NCBI RefSeq assembly: GCF_009734345.1
Contig: NZ_CP032551.1
Location: 1,650,001 to 1,682,000, forward strand
Direction of reading: 5' to 3'
Length of the DNA stretch: 32,000 nucleotides
DNA from: Pseudidiomarina andamanensis
GTDB lineage: Bacteria > Pseudomonadota > Gammaproteobacteria > Enterobacterales > Alteromonadaceae
Shown here one piece after another: positions 9,867-16,714 of the stretch; positions within the stretch are counted from its first letter, which is position 1; every line of letters starts with the position of its first letter. Made by a program: the position numbers and the translations under genes. Below the pieces are notes generated by a model. The model was not told where the DNA came from. It made no database searches and worked only from the letters and a program-made list of their open reading frames with translations.

Positions 9867-9927
9867 TTGCCGAATTTTGCTCAGTTGAATTTCGTAATTC
9901 ACTAAAGTATAGAGCAAAAATCGGCAA
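9867..9927. repeat. 16-bp inverted repeat (15/16) with a 29-nt spacer in the RND operon leader
   Basis: TTGCCGAATTTTGCTC (9867-9882) pairs with GAGCAAAAATCGGCAA (9912-9927). The left arm abuts and overlaps the AAGGAG SD of the adaptor gene. The right arm fills the spacer of the putative promoter. Confidence 0.5.
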
Positions 9928-9934
9928 GTGTGGA
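9906..9934 (-). promoter_or_regulatory. Putative sigma70 promoter of the RND operon
   Basis: The minus strand reads TCCACA, then 17 nt, then TATACT (-35 at 9934-9929, -10 at 9911-9906). This is a pattern match only. Confidence 0.3.
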
Positions 9935-9966
9935 TGATTTATTTCGTGTTTTTCTAAAATACGAAA

Positions 9967-11637
9967 TTAAATACCGAAATCATCGTAGCGTACCTGCTCA
10001 GGTGGTACTCCAATTTCGTCGAGCATCGCTCGGGTTGCTGCCAACATAGCTGGTGGTCCGCACACATAAACATCTAAATATTGCGTGTCTTGCGTTTGCA
10101 ACCAGGTTTTCGCAATGTCATGAACATAGCCACTCAACCCACGCCATGTGGCATCGTGCTCTGAAATAACAGGGTGATATTGCAAACGCTGCTGTTCTTG
10201 TAGTGCCATGAACTCATCGACGTAGCATAGCTCCGATTGATTTCGAGCCCCGTAGAAGAACTGAATTGGCGCCTGTATTTCGGCCTCTTCCAATGCTTCT
10301 TGAATGAGCGCACGTAATGGCGCAATACCTGCTCCGCCGCCAATAAACACTTGTTGACGTTCGCCTCGAGCGGCGGTATTGAGCAGAAAGTCACCCATCG
10401 GACCCACAGCGTTTATGGTTTCACCAACTTGCATTCCACACAGATACGTTGAACCGACGCCCGGCTGGCATGACGTATCTGGAGCAGGCATTTTACGAAC
10501 GGTAAAGGTAAGTTCAGGTTGCCCTGGCGCCGTTGCGAACGAATAGTTGCGATGCAAAATAACAGTACCTCGGCTCGCTTCACACGGAATTAGGAACTGC
10601 ATAAACTGCCCCGCTTGATAGCTAAATGTCGAGGCATTTTTCGGCAGGAACGTTAATTCATGAATACTCGGGGTCAACACTCGGTTATGTACCAGTTTGA
10701 GTGTCAGTGTGCGCGTATCTGTTTGTAAAAGATCGGCGTTGTTGTCTTTGCATACTCTGTGCTGGCAACTTAAACGTAACCCCTCACGAAGTTCAGATTC
10801 AGATAACATCACTCTGTCACTTTCGGTCGCAGATGGTGCTGTTCCCTTAAAGCGCACTTTGCAAAGTCCGCATGTTCCGCCGCCACCGCAGGCACTCGCT
10901 ATCGGCTTCTGCTGTGCTTGAAAGAACTCTAGGTAGGTCTGTTTGCGGCGAGGGTTCATGTCACCGCGTACCACATTACGCCCGAGCAAAATGAGTCCTG
11001 ATAAGGTAAACCACAGTGTCAGCACACCCGCACTGACAATCAGTAAATGGTTAAAGTTACGCTCACCGCTATAGTCCATGAAGTGCAGTTTGAACGCCCA
11101 ATCAGCCCATAACCACGGTGTGTTTCGATGCTCAACCACAGCACCGGATGCGGCATCGATGTAAATTCGAGTATTCAAATCATCGCGAATGTCGACACGA
11201 TAGCCAGGCTTAAGCCAGCCGTTTACTTCATTGCTACCGGCTGTTAGCCATGTGATTTCGGCAATGTCACCGGGGCCTGAATAACTTGCCAGAGCCAAGT
11301 TCGCTGCCATCATTTCAGTTGTTGACCAAGGCTTTCCAGTCGATGCATCAAGATAACTGACACCTTTAGCATGCTCGACAACGTATTGTGGCGTGCCAGC
11401 CACTGTTCGTAACTGAACATCGCGAATACCAGCAAATTGATTTGATAACTGCGGCCAGTCAAGCGCCTGCGATGATTGCATTGGCGTATGATTGTGAGTC
11501 ATTTTGTAATAATGGTGGCCCGACATTGCATGATGGCCTGCTATCGAGAAGTAAAAGCCACTGATTATCCACAAGAGAACTTGAATGATGATGATTAAAC
11601 TGGTCCAGCGGTGTAGCCACTGCAAAAAGCGCATCAT
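9967..11637 (-). CDS. PepSY-TM membrane protein fused to an NqrF-like [2Fe-2S] ferredoxin / FAD / NAD(P)H oxidoreductase module
   Basis: 556 aa. The N-terminal half has WLHRW followed by a TM helix, a roughly 150-aa periplasmic segment, then KLHFMDY followed by a second TM helix. Next come the CGGGGTCGLC...LSCQ cluster motif, RNYSFA (RxYS FAD site), GVGSTYL, FIGGGAGIAPL (NAD(P)H site) and VYVCGPPAM. Its start overlaps the upstream paralog by 4 nt (ATGA). Confidence 0.85.
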   Translation of the reverse strand: MMRFLQWLHRWTSLIIIIQVLLWIISGFYFSIAGHHAMSGHHYYKMTHNHTPMQSSQALDWPQLSNQFAGIRDVQLRTVAGTPQYVVEHAKGVSYLDASTGKPWSTTEMMAANLALASYSGPGDIAEITWLTAGSNEVNGWLKPGYRVDIRDDLNTRIYIDAASGAVVEHRNTPWLWADWAFKLHFMDYSGERNFNHLLIVSAGVLTLWFTLSGLILLGRNVVRGDMNPRRKQTYLEFFQAQQKPIASACGGGGTCGLCKVRFKGTAPSATESDRVMLSESELREGLRLSCQHRVCKDNNADLLQTDTRTLTLKLVHNRVLTPSIHELTFLPKNASTFSYQAGQFMQFLIPCEASRGTVILHRNYSFATAPGQPELTFTVRKMPAPDTSCQPGVGSTYLCGMQVGETINAVGPMGDFLLNTAARGERQQVFIGGGAGIAPLRALIQEALEEAEIQAPIQFFYGARNQSELCYVDEFMALQEQQRLQYHPVISEHDATWRGLSGYVHDIAKTWLQTQDTQYLDVYVCGPPAMLAATRAMLDEIGVPPEQVRYDDFGI

Positions 11638-12377
11638 AGCGACCCCCCGGTATTAATTTTTGGATTTGGTTTCGTTTTACGAAGGGTATAGACCAACAGC
11701 ACTGCGCCAGTAATTAGGAAAATGAAATTGGCAATAATAAAGCCTCGTAGCAACCAACTTTCAATATCAACGCGCTCTTCATAATCCATAATGTGCAACA
11801 TCCACATAATGTCGAAGCCACGCCAGAATGTATGCCGTTTCGTGACGAGTTCGCCCGTTATTGGTGAAAAGTAAAGGCTGGTGCTTCCAAAATCATCAAA
11901 ATCGACTCGCCATACGGGCAAGTGTACGGGGTTTAATTCTGTTGGCGGGTTGTCAGCTAACCAATCAATACGACTTGCCGGCTGCTCACCTAAAGCATAT
12001 TTCTTTTCAGCAATAGCCTTTATTGCAGCTTGATCAAGACGAATCGATTCTAGGCTTTTGGCATCAATGAGCTCAACACTACCGTGATGACTGACGTGAT
12101 AAACTGGGTGCCATTGATTATTGAGCCACAACGAGGTCAATTTGATGTCGGATGCCTCAGGATATTCGCTCAATACGTGACTAAACGAGGCAACAGATTG
12201 CGTATCCTGAATAACGGCATCATGTTGTTTAACCAAATGATCACCGTGAATAAATGGCAATTTGAAAAATACCATGTAAGCACCACTGATACTCCAAACC
12301 ACCATTTGCAAACCAACGATTAGCGCCAGCCATCGGTGCCACACGCGCCAACGACTACTGGCAATTGTTACCGACAT
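11634..12377 (-). CDS. PepSY-associated two-TM membrane protein (paralog of the N-terminal half of the downstream fusion)
   Basis: VWHRW plus TM1, a periplasmic PepSY-like region, then MLHIMDY plus TM2. I set the start at the ATG at 12377 (GGAGAG SD 4 nt upstream) rather than the TTG at 12389. Confidence 0.8.
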   Translation of the reverse strand: MSVTIASSRWRVWHRWLALIVGLQMVVWSISGAYMVFFKLPFIHGDHLVKQHDAVIQDTQSVASFSHVLSEYPEASDIKLTSLWLNNQWHPVYHVSHHGSVELIDAKSLESIRLDQAAIKAIAEKKYALGEQPASRIDWLADNPPTELNPVHLPVWRVDFDDFGSTSLYFSPITGELVTKRHTFWRGFDIMWMLHIMDYEERVDIESWLLRGFIIANFIFLITGAVLLVYTLRKTKPNPKINTGGSL

Positions 12378-12397
12378 AAAACTCTCCAAAAAGTTTT

Positions 12398-12429
12398 AAA
12401 AAAGCGAGAGGATCTTTCGACCCCCTCGC
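12398..12429 (-). terminator. Intrinsic terminator or attenuator after the TonB-dependent receptor gene
   Basis: The minus strand reads GCGAGGGGGTCGAAAGATCCTCTCGC followed by TTTTTTAAAAC. It is a GC-rich stem with one mismatch and a T-tract, 17 nt after the receptor stop. Confidence 0.6.
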
Positions 12430-12445
12430 AATTCAACGTCCAGGG

Positions 12446-15154
12446 TTAGAACGTGTAACGCATTTTAATAAATAACTGACGCCCTAAAAGGTTATACGTC
12501 ATGGTATCGGTGTTGGCATCCGTCCAGCTTTGAATAAATGGCGGTTGTTTATCAAACACGTTGTTAATACCACCAACTAAGCTCATGTTTGAGTTCACAT
12601 AATAGGTGCCCTGCACATTATGGTAGAACACGCTTGGCGCATGATCTCCAATGTCACCTGGCGCCGCATTAATATCGTCAGCGCCACCAATGTATTGAAC
12701 GCTCCAGTGCGCCTGCCAGTCATCGCGATCAACTGTAACCGATGCATTTGAACGCCAGTTCGTGTAGCTACCGCTGCCTCCAGTGATTTTTCCGGCATAG
12801 GCAATTGGTGTACCACCGGCGAACGGCGTCACAGTATATTCATCGAGGTAACTGACTGTCCAATTCATCGTGGTTGCAAAACCAGATAAGTCAGTTTTAT
12901 AGAATACTGCAGCATCGATACCCGACACTTCTTCTGTTGCCGCGTTAGTCGGTTGCGCCGATAGAAAATCAATTTCACCCGTTAAGCTATCGCGCGTAAA
13001 TTGACTATCGTTACAGAACGGATGGGATAGATTTTCCGAGTTGTAGCAAACCGATAATTTGGTTGAGCCCGGAATACGCTGAATCGCATTCTCGATATCG
13101 ATTTTATAATAATCGATGGTGAACTGTAAGTTTTCTGCGAACCAAGCATCCCAAACTGCGCCAGCTGTAAATGTTTTCGCGTCTTCAGGTTCAAGATTAG
13201 GGTTACCGCCAACAGTCGTCAGAATTGTTGAACCAAGTTGCGTATAACCTGCCGGTACACCATCTGCTTGACAGTTTGCCGCAACTGTTGGATTTTTGCC
13301 TGGCTGATCCCAACCATCACAAGGATCGGTCGTGGTTAAATTCCCTTCGGCTACGCCACCAAACAATTCAGGAATATTCGGTACACGAAACGCCGTTGAA
13401 TTGGTTGCTCGAAGTTTGAGGGCATCATTAATCTGCCAATGTAAACTGGCTTTATAGTTGCCGTCGCTGCCAAACGTATCATAGTCGCTGTAGCGATAGG
13501 CAAGTTCTAAATTTACGCTTTGTGCAAACGGAACATCATTCAGTAGTGGCAAGGCTGTTTCTACGTATACTTCATCAACACTATAGCTACCGCTAATAGG
13601 GTCTGCTTGGTTGGTATTCATCACACCAGCTACAACTGCCGAATCTGGATTCCGCCAGCCTTTTTCTTGACGATGCTCGATCCCGAAAGCGACCGGAACA
13701 TAACCTGATGGTAGTTCAAATAAATCACCAGTAATATTTGCTGTGATTGAACGCTGCTCGTTACCGCCTTCGGAGTCAATCCGGAACATAATGTAGTCAA
13801 TCGCATCTTGACCGAAGCCACCGAAGCCAAGCAAATCGACGCATGGCACGCCAGATTGTCCGCATTGTTCTGGGTCAATTGCTCTACCTAAACGTTCCAT
13901 ATTCGCAATATTGGTCGCGCCATCAATACCTGATGTACGCCCGAAGTTGTAAGCGACTTCCCAGTTCCAGTTGGCATCAATCGTACCGTTCAAGCCCCCA
14001 ACGAATCGCCAAGTATTGACGTCTTGGAAGAAATCTCGAGTTCCGGCTTCGAGCAAGCGACGACGATCGAGTTGAATCGCCTCGCCGGTGGGGTTATCTG
14101 GATGATCTGCAGCATATTCAATACCGCCAACAGTTCCCGAAGTGGCAATTTGATCCGACCGACGATTGTTATAAAGAACTTCAACGAACGCATAAGTGTC
14201 ACCAACCAATCGATAGTCTGCAAAGGTTGAGAAGTTCCAGTTAGTAATTGGGTTCACAGAATTTAGCTGTGAGAAGAAATCAAAGTTATGCTTGGCCGGA
14301 TCATATGGTTCGTAGAAATCACTATCACCGCCGGGTTCTTGATTAAAGTTAATTCGACTTCCCGCATCTGGTCCCGTGAGGATTGTTGCACGGCCGCCGA
14401 TGGTACTTGAGCTGCCGAAACATCCTAGCTCGCCCGGAGCTACCTCAGCTAATGCGCAACCTGCTTGATCTTGCATGTTATAAGCATCGCTTGATCGATA
14501 TCCGACGGTACCAACAATTCGAGCTCGGTCATTACTTGCGCCAAATACCGTGTTGATAGCTCGTTCTTGAGCATCGCCACTATCCGTTGCGCCAAAACGT
14601 GCTTCGATAGAAAAACCTTCATAACTCTTGCGGGTAATAATATTCACAACACCAGCAACAGCGTCAGCCCCGTAAATTGCTGATGCACCATCTTTAAGCA
14701 CTTCGATGCGTTCAATCATCTCAACCGGAATCATATTCAGGTCAACGCTGCTATTGGCACCGGTACCGCCATTCACCACGCGGCGGCCATTGAGAAGCAC
14801 AAGTGTACGGTTAATACCTAAACCACGCAGGTTAACTTGTGCAGTGCCCCAGCCATTACTGGTCCAGTAGGCATTGCTTTGTCCACCAGCAGCGCCGGCG
14901 GAAGCCGACATTCGTTGTAAAATAACTTCTAACGAATTCACACCGGAATTTTCAAGATCTTCTGCGGTAAAAACTTGGATAGGTGCGGCACTCTCGGCTT
15001 CAGTACGCTGCAACCGTGAACCAGTGACGGTGACACGTTCAACTTTTTCCTCATCAATTTGAGCCTGTTGTTGCGTATCTTGAGCCATTGTTTGTACGGG
15101 TAATACTAACGCTGTTAGTGCGGTCGCTACGCCCGATAAAGCGAATTTAGTCAT
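12446..15154 (-). CDS. TonB-dependent outer-membrane receptor
   Basis: 902 aa with signal peptide MTKFALSGVATALTALVLPVQTMAQD, a TonB-box-like VERVTVTGSR, a plug domain (RIEVLKDGASAIYGADAVAGVVNIITR), a long beta-barrel and a terminal aromatic residue (MRYTF). Confidence 0.95.
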   Translation of the reverse strand: MTKFALSGVATALTALVLPVQTMAQDTQQQAQIDEEKVERVTVTGSRLQRTEAESAAPIQVFTAEDLENSGVNSLEVILQRMSASAGAAGGQSNAYWTSNGWGTAQVNLRGLGINRTLVLLNGRRVVNGGTGANSSVDLNMIPVEMIERIEVLKDGASAIYGADAVAGVVNIITRKSYEGFSIEARFGATDSGDAQERAINTVFGASNDRARIVGTVGYRSSDAYNMQDQAGCALAEVAPGELGCFGSSSTIGGRATILTGPDAGSRINFNQEPGGDSDFYEPYDPAKHNFDFFSQLNSVNPITNWNFSTFADYRLVGDTYAFVEVLYNNRRSDQIATSGTVGGIEYAADHPDNPTGEAIQLDRRRLLEAGTRDFFQDVNTWRFVGGLNGTIDANWNWEVAYNFGRTSGIDGATNIANMERLGRAIDPEQCGQSGVPCVDLLGFGGFGQDAIDYIMFRIDSEGGNEQRSITANITGDLFELPSGYVPVAFGIEHRQEKGWRNPDSAVVAGVMNTNQADPISGSYSVDEVYVETALPLLNDVPFAQSVNLELAYRYSDYDTFGSDGNYKASLHWQINDALKLRATNSTAFRVPNIPELFGGVAEGNLTTTDPCDGWDQPGKNPTVAANCQADGVPAGYTQLGSTILTTVGGNPNLEPEDAKTFTAGAVWDAWFAENLQFTIDYYKIDIENAIQRIPGSTKLSVCYNSENLSHPFCNDSQFTRDSLTGEIDFLSAQPTNAATEEVSGIDAAVFYKTDLSGFATTMNWTVSYLDEYTVTPFAGGTPIAYAGKITGGSGSYTNWRSNASVTVDRDDWQAHWSVQYIGGADDINAAPGDIGDHAPSVFYHNVQGTYYVNSNMSLVGGINNVFDKQPPFIQSWTDANTDTMTYNLLGRQLFIKMRYTF

Positions 15155-15180
15155 GACATCCCCCTGAATATTTTTTCATT

Positions 15181-15208
15181 TTTATATATCTTGCTGGTTA
15201 TTTAGCAA
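15181..15208 (-). promoter_or_regulatory. Putative sigma70 promoter of the TonB-dependent receptor gene
   Basis: The minus strand reads TTGCTA, then 16 nt, then TATAAA, 27-54 nt upstream of the ATG at 15154. This is a pattern match only. Confidence 0.3.
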
Positions 15209-15226
15209 CTCGACCGCCCAACTGAG

Positions 15227-15238
15227 TTGTCTATACAT
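15227..15238. promoter_or_regulatory. HutC-operator-like dyad TTGTCTATACAT
   Basis: 10/12 identical to the perfect palindrome TTGTATATACAA in the hutC-hutI intergenic region. The core is TGTC-TA-TACA versus TGTA-N2-TACA. It lies 18 bp upstream of the putative -35. Confidence 0.3.
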
Positions 15239-15315
15239 CTACAACATAGCGAGTTTTAAAGCTCTGTAAAGTTAAAAGTTAAACAAGTTGTCTACTTTTA
15301 AGGCTTATACGCCGG

Positions 15316-15327
15316 TTGTATAGTCAA
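15316..15327. promoter_or_regulatory. Second, weaker HutC-operator-like dyad TTGTATAGTCAA
   Basis: 10/12 identical to TTGTATATACAA, but both mismatches fall in the right core half. It lies 89 bp from the first site. Confidence 0.2.
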
Positions 15328-15578
15328 CTTAACTTGCCCTTCATTACAGTTTAACTTCTTATTTTTTGCGAAAATACCGCAAAAATGAAAGGGTATAAAA
15401 AAAAAGTTGTCGAACTACCTCTCAGGGATTTGTGAATATAAAGTCATATATATGAATAGTTATTCACGTTAACGTTAGCGTTAATGTGTGTTTCCCCAAC
15501 CGAAAATCGTCACGTTGTTATTGTTATGTCAACCACTCTTTGCGAAAATCCAGCATCGTATTCAACATTGTGAGCCTC

Positions 15579-16625
15579 ATGTTCTTATTAATTCTGTTTG
15601 CGTTTGTTGCAGTTGGTGTCTCATTTATATGCTCTATTCTTGAAGCCGCCTTGCTATCGATTACTCCAAGCTACGTGGCTCAGTTAAAAGAAAAGCGCCC
15701 AAAACTACACGCCAAACTACAAAACTTAAAAACCAATATTGACCGTCCGTTAGCGGCTATTTTGACGCTAAATACCGTGGCACATACTGCTGGTGCAGCC
15801 GGCGTTGGTGCCCAAGTTGGCGTGGTATTTGGCGATGGCTATTTAGCGGTTGCCTCAGCGGTCATGACTGTTCTTATATTGGTGCTTTCTGAGATTCTGC
15901 CAAAAACGATTGGGGCAAAGTTTTGGCGCCAGTTGGCACCCATGCTACCGGGTATTTTGAACTTTTTGATTATGATTTTGCGCCCGTTCATTTGGATGTC
16001 TGATCAAATCACCAAGCGTATTGGCGGCGAAGAGCACGTAGATGTGCGTTCGGAAATTAAAGCACTAGCTACCTTAGGTCATGAACAAAAGTTGATTGAT
16101 GCTGATGAACGCCGCGTGATTGGCAATATGCTTGATTTGCACACCATTCGCGTTCGTGACGTAATGACACCTCGCACCGTATGTGAATCAGTGCGCCCCG
16201 ATGAAACCATTAGCGAATTTCTATATCGCGCAAAAACGCTACCGTATTCGCGTTTCCCAGTAATTGATGCCGATGAAGTGCCGCATGGCATTATTCTGCG
16301 CAACGAAGCGTTAGAAGCAGATACCGATAAGACGATTAATCAGCTAGCTCGCGACGTTGATATTGTTGCGGAGTCTGTCAACGTTGAGCAGGTTATGCGC
16401 ATGCTATTAGACAAGCGTCAGCACATGGCATTGGTATTTGATGAGCATGGCACTTGGATGGGTGTCGTCACGCTTGAAGATATTATTGAAACCATTCTCG
16501 GTCAGCCAATTATGGATGAAACAGATACCGTTCCAAGCCTCCGCCGCTACGCTCAACAGCGCTGGGACAAACGCCTTAAGCAATCTGACACCGACAACAG
16601 TGATACTACCAACGAAAAACACTAG
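15579..16625 (+). CDS. DUF21 (CNNM) transmembrane domain plus CBS-pair protein (HlyC/CorC-type transporter family, lacking the CorC_HlyC C-terminal domain)
   Basis: Start trimmed to the ATG at 15579 (MFLLILFAFVAVGVSFICSILEAALLSITPS), since DUF21 proteins begin with a TM helix. A CBS-pair region follows (VRDVMTPR..., VFDEHGTWMGVVTLEDIIE). The 31 codons upstream in the ORF track look non-coding. Confidence 0.85.
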   Translation: MFLLILFAFVAVGVSFICSILEAALLSITPSYVAQLKEKRPKLHAKLQNLKTNIDRPLAAILTLNTVAHTAGAAGVGAQVGVVFGDGYLAVASAVMTVLILVLSEILPKTIGAKFWRQLAPMLPGILNFLIMILRPFIWMSDQITKRIGGEEHVDVRSEIKALATLGHEQKLIDADERRVIGNMLDLHTIRVRDVMTPRTVCESVRPDETISEFLYRAKTLPYSRFPVIDADEVPHGIILRNEALEADTDKTINQLARDVDIVAESVNVEQVMRMLLDKRQHMALVFDEHGTWMGVVTLEDIIETILGQPIMDETDTVPSLRRYAQQRWDKRLKQSDTDNSDTTNEKH

Positions 16626-16714
16626 CTTGTCTAAGCGCGCAAGCGTATAATACGCCGCTATTTTAACCAATGGCGGCTCATACCGTCTCCTCGCGTTTTT
16701 TACAGGCTTTATCA

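Noticed and set aside
10134-10394. 86-aa same-strand, alternate-frame ORF inside the PepSY-reductase gene
   Set aside because: It lies within the NAD(P)H-binding domain coding region in another frame, with no SD or motif. It is a frame artefact.
15155-15225. Possible Fur box in the AT-rich stretch over the TonB-receptor promoter (GATATATAAAAATGAAAAAATATTC)
   Set aside because: The best alignment I could make to GATAATGATAATCATTATC is about 9/19, no better than expected for AT-rich DNA. I am not calling Fur regulation.
15453-15466. Palindrome TGAATAGTTATTCA considered as a Fur or Zur box
   Set aside because: The symmetry is real, but the half-sites do not match the Fur (GATAAT) or Zur consensus as I know them. 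It is about 300 bp from the receptor ATG and nearer the CNNM gene. I kept it only as an unassigned dyad within the intergenic finding.
15486-15578. N-terminal extension of the CNNM ORF in the ORF track, or alternatively a riboswitch leader
   Set aside because: The extension (MCFPNRKSSRCYCYVNHSLRK...) is Cys/Arg-rich and not protein-like, and DUF21 proteins start at the first TM helix. I could not recognise any known riboswitch consensus (M-box, yybP-ykoY, NiCo), so I make no RNA element call.
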